Below, in pieces: positions 36,303 to 46,910 of a stretch of DNA of 64,000 nt (position 1 is the first letter of the stretch; every line of letters begins with the position of its first letter). The notes under the pieces were generated by a model. It was not told where the DNA came from. It worked only from the letters and a program-made list of their open reading frames with translations, and did no database searches. The stretch spans positions 1 to 64,000 of the forward strand of contig JAAOYA010000008.1 of NCBI GenBank assembly GCA_018221105.1, read 5' to 3'. This DNA comes from Candidatus Woesearchaeota archaeon (GTDB lineage: Archaea > Nanobdellota > Nanobdellia > Woesearchaeales > JAAOYA01). The position numbers were made by a program, and so were the translations under genes.

Positions 36303-36644
36303 TTATTGATTTTTTACAATGAATTTCAAAACCACTTTTTGACATTCATGCTTATCACTAGCTTCACACAAATCTTGCGCCAAACTGTCTTCGTTGAAAA
36401 TGTCACGAACCCAATTTGCAAAATCGTTTTTGACAGCGTTGACATGATTGTAAAAAATGTTGTCTGCAATGTGCTCTAATTCTAATGCTAAATCTTTAAG
36501 ATTTTTGAGCACTTTACCATCTGTCACGTAAAAATACGATTGTTTTGGCGCGTTAACTTTCTTCTTTGCAACTGTTTTCTTCTTGGTCACTGTTTTTGCT
36601 GTTGCTTTCTTTGCGGTTTTTTTCTTTGCAACCGTTTTTGCCAT
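36303..36644 (-). CDS. DUF5752-like protein with Lys/Ala-rich N-terminus
   Basis: FYVTDGKVLKNLKDL...FYNHVNAVKNDFANW. Confidence 0.72.
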   Translation of the reverse strand: MAKTVAKKKTAKKATAKTVTKKKTVAKKKVNAPKQSYFYVTDGKVLKNLKDLALELEHIADNIFYNHVNAVKNDFANWVRDIFNEDSLAQDLCEASDKHECQKVVLKFIVKNQ

Positions 36645-37886
36645 TTAATTCACCCCTTTTAATTTATCTGCAAAAGTGCTGATTTTTGGAACTTCAAAAT
36701 TGTCATCGAGCTTTTTTAGCCTTAATACAATGTCGTGCAGCACGTTAATGTAATTTATGAACCCGTCATACGGGCTGTCGTATGCGTTGAAATACTTGTG
36801 AACGTCACCATCAGCAAACCATTTGACACACATATAATAAAAGTGATCGCTGGTGGTGAGTAATCTCCAATCTCTTATTAGTTTGTCATCGCCACTATTT
36901 AAAACTTGTTTTTCAAGCAAGTATAATTCTTTTATTGCTGCTTGTTGCATTTTATTGCCAAGCCAAGCGCTTAAATCTCGTTCTAGGTCTGCCCAACTAA
37001 TAATGTACGGAATGTCTAAAGTGTCTTTGACGTCATACTTTTTGATTACTTGTGATGGTGTTAGAAAATTGTTGTCAGGGTGATTGTAGATTTCTTCTGG
37101 CAATTTTTTTAAAAACTCGAAAATTCCAGTGTCTTCCCATTGGTGCTCTCCGAAAGTTTCATAATCCATAAACAAATTAATGACTTCTCCATTGCCATTA
37201 ACACTGCTAATCCAATGACCAAATTTTTCTGTAGTTAAAGGCCATTCCTTCCAACCACGATTTGAAAACCTAAACGCGATATCATCTGAGAGTTTATAAT
37301 TCTTGGTTAATAATTTGATTTTTTTCGTGTTTGGCGGCTGGTAGACAAAGTTTGGGCTTCGCCATCCCATAATACGATCCACTCCTTCGCATAGCACAGC
37401 GTCAAAGCCCATTTTTTCGACGTGAGCTGCGACTTCATTACTGTAGACTAATTCGGTGTTGCGAAAAATTGTTGGTTTTTGGCCAAACAATTCCTTAATC
37501 CTTTTTTGGTGCGTTCTAACCTGGCGGTCAAACTCATCTTTAGAATACATAAACGCTAAACTGTGATAGTATGTTTCTGTGAGCATTTCAACATTGCCAG
37601 TGGCTACCAGTTCTTTGAAGCTTTCTAGTACTTCTGGAGCGTACTGCTCAAACTGCTCCAAAGCAGTTCCGCTAATAGAAAATGCAATTCTAAACTCTGG
37701 ATGTTTTTTTATTAGGTCAAGTAATACTTTGTTAGTTGGAAGGTAGCATTTGTCAGCTACTTTGCGCATTATCCCAGCGTTTTTTTCTTCATCAAAATAA
37801 TCACTCTTTTTTCCAATATCAAAAATAGTGTAATCTCTAATCCTGTAAGGTTGATGCACTTGAAAATAAAAACACACGCTTACCAT
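36645..37886 (-). CDS. Glycoside hydrolase family 57 alpha-amylase-like
   Basis: FQVHQP, ETYYHSL, FRNTEL, DYETFGEH, SWAD, SDHFYYM. Confidence 0.92.
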   Translation of the reverse strand: MVSVCFYFQVHQPYRIRDYTIFDIGKKSDYFDEEKNAGIMRKVADKCYLPTNKVLLDLIKKHPEFRIAFSISGTALEQFEQYAPEVLESFKELVATGNVEMLTETYYHSLAFMYSKDEFDRQVRTHQKRIKELFGQKPTIFRNTELVYSNEVAAHVEKMGFDAVLCEGVDRIMGWRSPNFVYQPPNTKKIKLLTKNYKLSDDIAFRFSNRGWKEWPLTTEKFGHWISSVNGNGEVINLFMDYETFGEHQWEDTGIFEFLKKLPEEIYNHPDNNFLTPSQVIKKYDVKDTLDIPYIISWADLERDLSAWLGNKMQQAAIKELYLLEKQVLNSGDDKLIRDWRLLTTSDHFYYMCVKWFADGDVHKYFNAYDSPYDGFINYINVLHDIVLRLKKLDDNFEVPKISTFADKLKGVN

Positions 37887-38308
37887 TATGCCACAAACCT
37901 CCTATGAATATTAAAATTATAATCGCTAACAGCACTTGATAATGCAACGCAAAAATCGCGCAAGTATGTTGTATGCGGATCATCACCAAATACTAATTCT
38001 TCTGTCAAATCCTTTAATTGCCTACCTATTGTAATGGACTCATTCAATAATTGGTCTAACGAAGGAGGCACTATGCTTTCTTTTTTTATACTAGATTTTA
38101 ATATATTTGCAGTTTTAGGATCCAAAAGTAATTTTTTTCCAACTCTTCGCTGCTCTGAAACGTCCAAAAGTTCTGCAATTTTTTGTACATTTTCATAGCT
38201 TTGACTTACTCCTCTTTGAGCATTATCAATTTCAATTGCTGCGTGTATAGCCCAAAATTTTAAATCAGGGTTTTCCCCCCAATCAACAAACGAAATATTA
38301 CTCATCAT
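37886..38308 (-). CDS. Hypothetical protein within the glycogen operon
   Basis: Abuts both neighbours, GGAGG upstream. Confidence 0.65.
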   Translation of the reverse strand: MMSNISFVDWGENPDLKFWAIHAAIEIDNAQRGVSQSYENVQKIAELLDVSEQRRVGKKLLLDPKTANILKSSIKKESIVPPSLDQLLNESITIGRQLKDLTEELVFGDDPHTTYLRDFCVALSSAVSDYNFNIHRRFVA

Positions 38309-39568
38309 TCATCCTCCCCATCCTATTAAGTTTCTACCACTATTTATCAAAACCTGATTATAAATGTCTTTTGTTTTTTGTGCAGGCTTGTAAATACAGT
38401 GGTCAAATGCTTCCTGATAACTGTTGCTTTGAAGCTCTTGATGTAATTCTTTATGACGTAAGACGCTGACGATCTTGTTGGCCATGTCGTCGACATTCCA
38501 AAAGTCGGTTTTTAGCGCGTTGTTCACAACCTCTGAAACACCAGACTGTTTACTGATCAGAATTGGCGTGTTGTTCTTCAACGACTCTAGCGCAACAAGA
38601 CCGAAAGGTTCACTAGTTGATGGCATCACATAAAGATCAGCCATCTGGAAAGCCTTGTGTACGTCAGCGCCTTTTAAAAATCCTGTAAAGACAAAATGAT
38701 TATGAAGTCCTAGTTCTGTAACGCGATCAATCATTCGCGGCAGCATGTCACCATTGCCAGCCATTATAAACTTTGTTTTTGGGTGATGATCTACTACTTT
38801 TTTTGCTGTTTCTACAAACCAGTCAGGGCCCTTTTGTATTGTAACTCGGCCTAAAAATAATACTGTACCGTGCTCTTCATTAAAAGGTGATTCTTGGCCA
38901 ATACCATAATGAGGGCTTTCTTGTTCAATACCCCAGTGCACTACTTGAATTTTGCCCGGGTCTAAGCCGTAAGCTTTGATAACGTTTTGTTTAGTGTACT
39001 CACTGTTAGCGATTATAACGTCAGCCGCTTGCAAACCTTCAAATTCGCGGTGGCTGATAAATTGGTTAGGATTGCCGCCAGTTCTATCGAATTCTGTTGC
39101 GTGAATGTGGGCCACTAATGGTTTTCCTGAAACATTTCTTGCATTAATTCCTGCTTGATAAGTCATCCAATCATGAACGTGAATCACGTCATGAGGTTCT
39201 TGAGCTGCTATTAATAGTGCTGCTTTTGTGTAACGTTCAACTTCTGCGTAAATGTTTTTTCCATAAATATCTTTCTCTCCTTTAGTACCTAAGATATCAA
39301 AGTTGTGAATCATTTCATCATAACCGTGAGCTGTCTGGTAAGGTGTCAGTACTGTGTTTACACCTTTAATTTTTAGTTTTCCTGTAAGTTTTGCAGTGCC
39401 CATAAGTTTTGCGTAAGGGCTTGAAATGCCTTCAGTGTCAGCAGGCATGACAAAAGTGATATCAACGTCAATTGCGCAAAGCCCCTTAGCGAGGTCTCGA
39501 CAAGCAGTTCCAAGACCGCCACTTTTTATTGGTGGAAACTCCCAGCCAAACATTAAGACCTTCACCAA
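38309..39568 (-). CDS. GT4 glycosyltransferase (glycogen synthase-like)
   Basis: GWEFPP..SGGLG, HVHDW, FLGR...QKG, SEPFGLVALE. Confidence 0.9.
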   Translation of the reverse strand: MVKVLMFGWEFPPIKSGGLGTACRDLAKGLCAIDVDITFVMPADTEGISSPYAKLMGTAKLTGKLKIKGVNTVLTPYQTAHGYDEMIHNFDILGTKGEKDIYGKNIYAEVERYTKAALLIAAQEPHDVIHVHDWMTYQAGINARNVSGKPLVAHIHATEFDRTGGNPNQFISHREFEGLQAADVIIANSEYTKQNVIKAYGLDPGKIQVVHWGIEQESPHYGIGQESPFNEEHGTVLFLGRVTIQKGPDWFVETAKKVVDHHPKTKFIMAGNGDMLPRMIDRVTELGLHNHFVFTGFLKGADVHKAFQMADLYVMPSTSEPFGLVALESLKNNTPILISKQSGVSEVVNNALKTDFWNVDDMANKIVSVLRHKELHQELQSNSYQEAFDHCIYKPAQKTKDIYNQVLINSGRNLIGWGG

Positions 39569-39824
39569 CTCACCTCAACAGAACTAGATAATAATATGTG
39601 ATAAAGCTTGTAAAAGAAAGGTAGTTTTATTACTGTTAACATCTGTGTATTCCTCTAATGTAGTATTTTTTTGTTACACTAGCGTTGTGAATTGCGCGCT
39701 AAGATTAATTCTGTAATCTGTTGTATATAAAGCTTACACATCACTACACGGTAACAACAACCTTTTTTTGTAACAAATTTTATAAAGTCAATAGACACTA
39801 GGTAATAAAAAGAGGTGTAATCGC

Positions 39825-41600
39825 TTGACATTAAAGGCAAACGCAGACTACTTATTTGAAACTTCCTGGGAAGTATGTAACAAAGTTGGCGGCATCTACA
39901 CCGTGATAACTTCTAAAATAAAACTGATGAGCGAATATTATACTAACTACATCCCTATAGGACCATATGTTAAAGAAAAAGCAAAATTCAACTTCAAAGA
40001 AGAAAAACCAGACAAAATATTTGCTAAAGCTTTCAAAGAATTAGAAAAAAGAGGCGTGAAATGCTACTATGGAAAATGGTTAACATCAACTGAGCCGATA
40101 ACAATACTTGTGGACTTTCAAAACTACAATCACAACGCAAACAACATAAAAAAATGGTTGTATGAAAAATTTGGAATTGATTCAATGGGAGCACCATTTG
40201 ACTTTGACGAGCCAATAGTATGGAGTTATTGTGTCGGATTACTTCTGGAATTAGTCTCAAAAGAATTAAAAGGTAAAAAAGCAGTCTTGCACTGCCACGA
40301 GTGGATGGCAGGAGTCAGCGGACTATACTTGAAAAGTGTTAGTTCGCCTATTAAAACTGTTTTCACAACACACGCGACAATGCTAGGTCGTGCAATAGCG
40401 GGAAGCGGCTCACCACTGTACGACATGCTTGAAGGAATTGATGCTGTTGACGCTGCCTACAAGTTTGGAGTTAAAGAAAAGTTTTTCACTGAGAAGGCTT
40501 GCGCTAACAATTTTGAAGTATTCACAACTGTCAGCGAAATAACAGGCATGGAAGCTGAAAAGTTATTAGGTAAAAAGCCTGATGTTTTAGTACTTAATGG
40601 ACTGGATGTTTCTAAATTTCCAACATTTGAAGAAGCCTCAGTGCAGCATCATGCTCATAGGGAGCGCATGCGAGAGTTCATAATGTACTACTTCTTCCCA
40701 TATTACACATTCGATATTGAACAGTCCCTTGCTTTTTTTATAATGGGACGCAACGAATTTCGAAATAAAGGTTTTGACATCTTCATCAAATCACTTGGTC
40801 GTTTAAACGAGCAAATGAAAAAAGAAAAACACAAAAAAACAATCGTAACATTCTTTTGGATGCCATTAGGTACCAGAGGCACAAAAACAGAAGTTAGTCA
40901 GAACAAAATAAGCTTCTACCAATTACACGAAGAAGTAAAAGCACAAACACACCACATGACACACAAAATAATCCAAAACATACTAACAAAAAAAGAAAAA
41001 ATTGACGAAGACCTAATAACAAAAGACTTCCTGAACGATTTAAACCGCTTGAAATTAAACTTTGAAAAAGACAACAATCCACCACTATGCTCACACAACA
41101 TTGGTGATGAAAGCAACAATGAAACAATAAAAGCGTTTTATGAAAATGGTTTATTGAATAGGCCTGAGGATTGTGTAAAAGTAATACTTTATCCGGTTTA
41201 TTTGACAGGTGTTGACGGGTTGTTAGATCTTTCGTACTATGAGGCTATTAACGCATGCCACTTCGGAGTATTCCCGTCGTATTACGAGCCGTGGGGCTAC
41301 ACTCCTTTGGAAAGTGCTGCAATGGGTGTACCAGCACTAACAACTGACCTTGCAGGCTTTGGACAATTCATAAAAAGCAAAAACACAAAAAACGAAGGAA
41401 TATTTGTTCTTGACAGATATCATAAAAGTGAAGAAGACCAACTAAAACAATTCACAAGCATACTACACTCCTACGCGACAATGCACCGCCCAGAACGAGT
41501 GAAGCAAAAAATAATAGCTAAAAACTTATCTACTATTGCAGATTGGCGGTTGTTAATAAAAAATTATATTGACGCTCATAATTTAGCCTTGACAAGATGA
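39825..41600 (+). CDS. GT3 (eukaryote-like) glycogen synthase
   Basis: FETSWEVCNKVGGIYTV, HCHEW, TTHATMLGR, FPSYYEPWGYTPLE. Confidence 0.92.
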   Translation: MTLKANADYLFETSWEVCNKVGGIYTVITSKIKLMSEYYTNYIPIGPYVKEKAKFNFKEEKPDKIFAKAFKELEKRGVKCYYGKWLTSTEPITILVDFQNYNHNANNIKKWLYEKFGIDSMGAPFDFDEPIVWSYCVGLLLELVSKELKGKKAVLHCHEWMAGVSGLYLKSVSSPIKTVFTTHATMLGRAIAGSGSPLYDMLEGIDAVDAAYKFGVKEKFFTEKACANNFEVFTTVSEITGMEAEKLLGKKPDVLVLNGLDVSKFPTFEEASVQHHAHRERMREFIMYYFFPYYTFDIEQSLAFFIMGRNEFRNKGFDIFIKSLGRLNEQMKKEKHKKTIVTFFWMPLGTRGTKTEVSQNKISFYQLHEEVKAQTHHMTHKIIQNILTKKEKIDEDLITKDFLNDLNRLKLNFEKDNNPPLCSHNIGDESNNETIKAFYENGLLNRPEDCVKVILYPVYLTGVDGLLDLSYYEAINACHFGVFPSYYEPWGYTPLESAAMGVPALTTDLAGFGQFIKSKNTKNEGIFVLDRYHKSEEDQLKQFTSILHSYATMHRPERVKQKIIAKNLSTIADWRLLIKNYIDAHNLALTR

Positions 41601-42547
41601 ACCAACTACGAAAAGACTACGTGTTAAACAGATTTGTAATCATAGCTTCGGAGAGAGCTAAAAGACCTGATCAGTTCAAAAAAGAAAGTTCACGCGAGCC
41701 AGACGACAAAAAATGCTTTTTTTGCCCAGGAAACGAAAAACTAACACCGCCAGAAATCGGCAGTGTTTTGGATAGAGGCAACTGGTTGATTAGGTGGTTC
41801 GCGAATAAATTTTCTGCTGTGAGTCATGATGAAAATGTTCCATTAAGAACTGATAATGATTTTTTTACTTGGGGTTCAGCTTTTGGCTACCACGAAGTAA
41901 TAGTAGAAACACCTTTGCACACTGAACAACTCTGGGACCTATCAGAAGACCATTTGATGAAAGTAATGAAAGTTTACGCTGACCGTATTGAAACATTATC
42001 TAAAAAAGATGGTGTTGAATATGTTGACGTATTCAAAAACCACAAAAAAGAAGCCGGGACATCAGTAGTACACTCACACAGCCAAGTAGTAGCTTATAAC
42101 TTACTGCCATCAGTTGTAAAACAAAAAATTGAAGATTGTAAAACTAAATTTGATTCTTGTCCTTATTGTGCAATCATAGAGCGCGAGCGCGGAAGCGAAC
42201 GTTTTGTTAGTGAAAATGAAACGTTTATTGCGATTACACCATACGCCTCGCGCTTCCCATTCGAAGTACTAATAATGCCAAAACGCCACGTTACCAAGTT
42301 GGAGGAGTTAACTGATAGAGAGTTCTGCGAGCTAGGACAAATACTAAAACCAATACTCGCAAAACTAAAAGAATTAGGAGCGCCATTCAACTACTACTTC
42401 CACTACGGGCCAGGCGACAAAGACCTACATCTCCAACTAGAAATCACCCCAAGACTAGCAACGTGGGCGGGATTCGAGCTCTCCACAGGAACAATCATCA
42501 ACAGCGTACCACCAGAAAACGCAGCTCGCTTCTACAAAGAAGAATAA
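41597..42547 (+). CDS. galT: Galactose-1-phosphate uridylyltransferase-like nucleotidyltransferase
   Basis: RAKRP, CFFCPGNE, HEVIVE, GTSVVHSHSQ, AGFEL. Confidence 0.88.
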   Translation: MNQLRKDYVLNRFVIIASERAKRPDQFKKESSREPDDKKCFFCPGNEKLTPPEIGSVLDRGNWLIRWFANKFSAVSHDENVPLRTDNDFFTWGSAFGYHEVIVETPLHTEQLWDLSEDHLMKVMKVYADRIETLSKKDGVEYVDVFKNHKKEAGTSVVHSHSQVVAYNLLPSVVKQKIEDCKTKFDSCPYCAIIERERGSERFVSENETFIAITPYASRFPFEVLIMPKRHVTKLEELTDREFCELGQILKPILAKLKELGAPFNYYFHYGPGDKDLHLQLEITPRLATWAGFELSTGTIINSVPPENAARFYKEE

Positions 42548-42775
42548 AGCTAAAGTATGGGGGTTTCTAGTCCTTCGGATATATAGCCTGCCTTCAGCAG
42601 ATTGATTGGGAACTCAAATTTTACTTTGCGGTCGAAATTTTCCCATACAAAGTGTGGGAAAAGAACTTAACAGGAATTCCGATGTTAACCAAAATATTAC
42701 TTAGGGCACACTCAAGAAGGTGCTTCGCACTTTATGTTTAACATTATTGAAGTGGAGAATAAGGATATAATTAGC

Positions 42776-42789
42776 AAAAGGTTTATATA
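42776..42789 (+). promoter_or_regulatory. Archaeal BRE/TATA promoter of the methyltransferase operon
   Basis: AAAAGGTTTATATA about 25 nt before ATG at 42815. Confidence 0.6.
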
Positions 42790-42814
42790 GTAGTTTATCA
42801 TATTTCATAGTAAA

Positions 42815-42949
42815 ATGCCACAAATCACTGTAGATTTTGATTCTCGAGAAAATAAAGAGATAGAAATATTCAAAGCAAAAGAAGGGCTTAAGAATAAATC
42901 TGATGCAGTTAAAAAGATAATTAGGACATTTTTCAATATTAAGAAATAA
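42815..42949 (+). CDS. 44-aa ribbon-helix-helix-like regulator
   Basis: Hand translation MPQITVDFDSRENKEIEIFKAKEGLKNKSDAVKKII RTFFNIKK shows a beta-strand then helix then KSDAV helix pattern. Confidence 0.72.
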   Translation: MPQITVDFDSRENKEIEIFKAKEGLKNKSDAVKKIIRTFFNIKK

Positions 42950-42971
42950 TGGATGAAAAACGAGGTTAATA

Positions 42972-44057
42972 ATGAGAAGTAAACCAACAGTGATTGATTT
43001 TTTTGCAGGGGCCGGCGGTATAAGTTTAGGATTTAAAAAAGCTGGCTTTGAGATCTTAGCCGCTAATGATATTGATAAGCACTGCAAAGAAACCTACAAC
43101 AAGAACTTTCCAAAAGTTCCCTGCATCTTAAAAGACATTCGTAATTTAACAGCTAACGAAATTTTTCAAGTATGCGGAACAGACCAGATTGACGTAGTTG
43201 TAGGCGGACCAGCCTGTCAAGGATTCTCATTAGCAAATATTAAAACAAGAACAGCAGACAATCCTAAAAATAACCTTGTTTTTGAATTTATCAGATTGGT
43301 TAAAGATATCAGACCTTCTTGGTTTATAATGGAAAACGTAGAAGGACTAATTCACATGAATAATGGTTCATTCACAAATTCAATCATAAAAAACATGCGA
43401 AGACATGGTTATTCCATAGATTTTATCTCACTTTGCGCCGCTGATTATGGAGTACCGCAAAAGAGAAAGAGAGTATTTTTCATAGGCAATAGGATAGGTA
43501 AGAAAATAGAAATTCCAAAAAAAAAGTTTGGAACTGAAAAAAAACCCCATATTACTGTAGAAGAAGCTTTAGGTGACTTGCCTGAAATAGATAATCAAAC
43601 TGGAGGGTATGCATTTTGTGAATATACTACCGCGCCAAAAAATAAGTATCAAAAGAAAATGAGAGGAAGATCAAAGAGTGTGCATAATCATTTAATTACA
43701 AAGAGCAGTAAATTAATTCTTGAAAGATATTCAAGAATTCCGCCAGGAAAGAATTGGAGCGCACTTCCCGATTCACTTAAGTCAAAATGTGTTAAAGAAT
43801 CAGGAGGACACAGTTATTTGTACAAAAGACTGGAACCAAATTCGCCTGCCAACACCATTGCTAATTTTAGAAAAGCTATGATGATACATCCTTTTGAGGA
43901 TAGGGGACTTTCAGTTAGAGAAGCCGCTAGATTACAATCATTTAATGATTCTTTTGTATTTACTGGAGGAATAAGTTCGCAACAACAACAACTAGCTAAT
44001 GTTGTCCCTCCTTTGTTAGCTCAAGCCATTGGAGCGCAAATTATTAAAACATTATAA
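42972..44057 (+). CDS. dcm: DNA cytosine-C5 methyltransferase
   Basis: FAGAGG, GGPACQGFS, ENV, PQKRKR, REAARLQSF. Confidence 0.93.
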   Translation: MRSKPTVIDFFAGAGGISLGFKKAGFEILAANDIDKHCKETYNKNFPKVPCILKDIRNLTANEIFQVCGTDQIDVVVGGPACQGFSLANIKTRTADNPKNNLVFEFIRLVKDIRPSWFIMENVEGLIHMNNGSFTNSIIKNMRRHGYSIDFISLCAADYGVPQKRKRVFFIGNRIGKKIEIPKKKFGTEKKPHITVEEALGDLPEIDNQTGGYAFCEYTTAPKNKYQKKMRGRSKSVHNHLITKSSKLILERYSRIPPGKNWSALPDSLKSKCVKESGGHSYLYKRLEPNSPANTIANFRKAMMIHPFEDRGLSVREAARLQSFNDSFVFTGGISSQQQQLANVVPPLLAQAIGAQIIKTL

Positions 44058-44071
44058 ATTCTTAACTAACT

Positions 44072-44470
44072 ATGTCAGATAATCTTACTAAGAGTCAAAG
44101 AAGTTATTGCATGTCTAATATTAGGAGCAAATGGACTACACAAGAGAGTAAAATCCATAACTATCTTAAAGGAAATAAAATAAAACACAAAATGCACCCA
44201 AATATTACTGGTAGTCCCGATATTCTGTTAACCAAAAATAAAACTGTAATATTCTTACATGGGTGTTTTTGGCATAGATGCCCAAAATGTTTTAAGGAAC
44301 CTAAAACAAGAATGGAATATTGGATTCCTAAAATAGAGAATAATGTTAAAAGGGATAAAAGAAATGAAAGGAACTTGAAAAAAGAAGGTTATAAAGTATT
44401 AAAATTATGGGAACATGAGATTAAGAAAAATCTCAAGAAATGTGTTAAGAAAATTGAAAAATACAAATAA
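44072..44470 (+). CDS. vsr: Very short patch repair endonuclease
   Basis: RSYCMSNIRS, GSPD, FLHGCFWH, LWEHE. Confidence 0.93.
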   Translation: MSDNLTKSQRSYCMSNIRSKWTTQESKIHNYLKGNKIKHKMHPNITGSPDILLTKNKTVIFLHGCFWHRCPKCFKEPKTRMEYWIPKIENNVKRDKRNERNLKKEGYKVLKLWEHEIKKNLKKCVKKIEKYK

Positions 44471-46124
44471 ACAAGTTGTTAGTAAACTAAAGGAAATCAT
44501 CTATGAAGAGGAAAAAAAGATATCTCAATTAAAATATACTAATGAAGTCATACATAAAAAGATAGTTCTATTCGAGCTAATCCGAGCTTTTGATCTTTTT
44601 TTCTTGTTTCAAACGAATAAAAAGAAGATGATTTCGAATTATACATTTGGATTTAATGAAGCTTTAAGGATTTATTATGGGAGTTATGTGAATAAAGGCA
44701 GATTTCCACTATTACATTCAACTAAACACACTTGGAGTTATGCTAATTCTATCATACAACACTGTGGGAAAATCGGTTTTTGCAGAAAAATTATATCTTT
44801 TATTGAGGCTAATCTAGCAGATGCCACGCTACGAAATCAAATTATTGAAGTTATATTCAAAAAAGGCGGTGTGCCCGAACAAGCAGATGTTGAGGCATAT
44901 GATTGGGCTCAAAATCTAGTTGATAAACATGTTTTTAAACCAAAAACTGATGAAATTAAAAGAAATATTGAGAGTATAAAAGAGCTTTTACGAAATAAAG
45001 TAGCCAAGTGGAAGAATCATTTTATTCAATATGATACTAATCCAGAAATAGATAAATATTTTGACAAATTAGCTTATTATTCCATATCTTCTAAACACAT
45101 GTATAGTGAATTTCCTCAAGATGCGAAATTTGGAGGAATTAAATACAAAACTTATTGCAAATTTGTACACATCCAATGCGCTGTAGCGCTTAAGCATTAT
45201 TATTTTTGCCATGAATTGTTGAAAAAGGAAAAGGGCATTGACTCGAGAGATATATTTACAATTCCGCGAGACAGAAAGTCTGTTATTACCTCTTCGGCTA
45301 GATACTTACGAATATCTGAAAAGGAAGCCGAGCAAATCTTATGTTGTCTTACACTGTCAACTGAAAACTACGAGCATCACACTTCTCTTCCAGAAGGTGT
45401 ATCTCCCCCTTATATCCAAGTTGGAGAGAATAGTCTAGCACACTCCATCATTGGATCGACAAATCAACCGATTAAATTTCTAAATAAAGAGCTTAAGAGA
45501 AGATTTAAAAAAGATTATTTTAACGCAGTTAATGCTAGAGAGAAAAAATTTAGAAAGGAATTATATCATCTTTTTCCTGAAGATTATTATTTTAAAAGTA
45601 AATCACGTATTTACATAAAATCTAGTGAAGGTTCTACTGACATTGATGCTACAATTTATGATTCTAAACATAACATTCTTGGTTTGTTCCAGCTTAAGTG
45701 GCAGGATGTATTTGGGGGATCATTAAAGGAAAGATACAGTAGAATTTCTAATTTATATCCTGCAGTAAGCAAATGGCTAGACAAACTTGAAAAATGGGTA
45801 GAAGAGACGAACAGTGCAGAATTACTAAAAAGACTTGATTTAAAAGAAAATATAATTCCTTCAAAAGTCTTTATTTTTGTTATCTGCCGCCACAATGTGT
45901 TTTTCACAGATGTTAAGCCAGATAAAAGGGCGGCTTGGTCTTCAATATGGCATATGTTACAAGCTATATCCAAAATCCCTACATCCACCCATAATAAGAT
46001 TGGAAAGCTTCATGAAGAATTAAAAAAGATAGAAGGGAAAATTTTCAATGAAAAAATTGACATCGAAGAAGAAAAATTCGAAATATCTAATTATACAATT
46101 AAGTTAAAAACAAAAGACTCATGA
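44415..46124 (+). CDS. Hypothetical protein with possible C-terminal PD-(D/E)xK-like nuclease domain
   Basis: Long ORF with TDIDATIYD...LFQLKW. Start position uncertain. Confidence 0.6.
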   Translation: MRLRKISRNVLRKLKNTNKQVVSKLKEIIYEEEKKISQLKYTNEVIHKKIVLFELIRAFDLFFLFQTNKKKMISNYTFGFNEALRIYYGSYVNKGRFPLLHSTKHTWSYANSIIQHCGKIGFCRKIISFIEANLADATLRNQIIEVIFKKGGVPEQADVEAYDWAQNLVDKHVFKPKTDEIKRNIESIKELLRNKVAKWKNHFIQYDTNPEIDKYFDKLAYYSISSKHMYSEFPQDAKFGGIKYKTYCKFVHIQCAVALKHYYFCHELLKKEKGIDSRDIFTIPRDRKSVITSSARYLRISEKEAEQILCCLTLSTENYEHHTSLPEGVSPPYIQVGENSLAHSIIGSTNQPIKFLNKELKRRFKKDYFNAVNAREKKFRKELYHLFPEDYYFKSKSRIYIKSSEGSTDIDATIYDSKHNILGLFQLKWQDVFGGSLKERYSRISNLYPAVSKWLDKLEKWVEETNSAELLKRLDLKENIIPSKVFIFVICRHNVFFTDVKPDKRAAWSSIWHMLQAISKIPTSTHNKIGKLHEELKKIEGKIFNEKIDIEEEKFEISNYTIKLKTKDS

Positions 46125-46128
46125 TAAC

Positions 46129-46908
46129 TTAAATCTTAGAAGTAATCACCTTCGCAAGTTCTTCTGACGTTATGCTTCCATCTATAAGTTTTCCAATAGA
46201 ATTAATTTCATCAGAAATTACTTTCTTAAGCATAATTTTGAAATTATCAGAATCATTTTGGTAATCCCCAGTAATTAATTTTTTTGATAGCTTCAGTGAG
46301 CCATCATAACACCTAACTATTTCTTCGTCATTTAGATCTTTTGTTTCTACACCGCTTAAAATCGAGTTTAAACATTGGATAAACAAACGAGTATTCTCTC
46401 TAGATGTGTAATTCTGCTCCGTCTCAATCTTTTCTTTGTCCCAACTATCAAATCTTTCTTCGTAGTTAATAAATGGACTGTCAAATAAGTAAACCCATTC
46501 ACTCCATTTTCTTTTCAAAGCAATTTTTTTTGGATAACCTGCAAGTCTAAAACAATATGCAACATGAATTCTGTTAGGTCCCCTATCTTTTGCTAAAAGA
46601 CCTTCTGGAGCATGGATTCCGACATTCAACCAGAATAATTTTTTTTCGCTTGGTTCAACCAAACCAGATTCAAGAAAAATCTTTCTTAAAGTCAGTCCAA
46701 ATTCCCAGTAGGCCTCAACTTTATTTCTTGTTCTATTTCCCACAACTATTCTTAGATTTTTAAGTCTTGATGTCAACTGAATCAATCTTTTTTTTACTAT
46801 TTCATTAAGTTGTATTGCTTTTTTTTTATCTTCTTCAGATCCACCTATTCCCTTAATAGAATCAAAAAGGTATTTTCCGTTTTTATCAATTTCAACAATA
46901 ATTGTCAT
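46129..46908 (-). CDS. Hypothetical protein
   Basis: 259-aa ORF, 2 nt downstream of the GHKL gene. Confidence 0.75.
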   Translation of the reverse strand: MTIIVEIDKNGKYLFDSIKGIGGSEEDKKKAIQLNEIVKKRLIQLTSRLKNLRIVVGNRTRNKVEAYWEFGLTLRKIFLESGLVEPSEKKLFWLNVGIHAPEGLLAKDRGPNRIHVAYCFRLAGYPKKIALKRKWSEWVYLFDSPFINYEERFDSWDKEKIETEQNYTSRENTRLFIQCLNSILSGVETKDLNDEEIVRCYDGSLKLSKKLITGDYQNDSDNFKIMLKKVISDEINSIGKLIDGSITSEELAKVITSKI

Positions 46909-46910
46909 TT

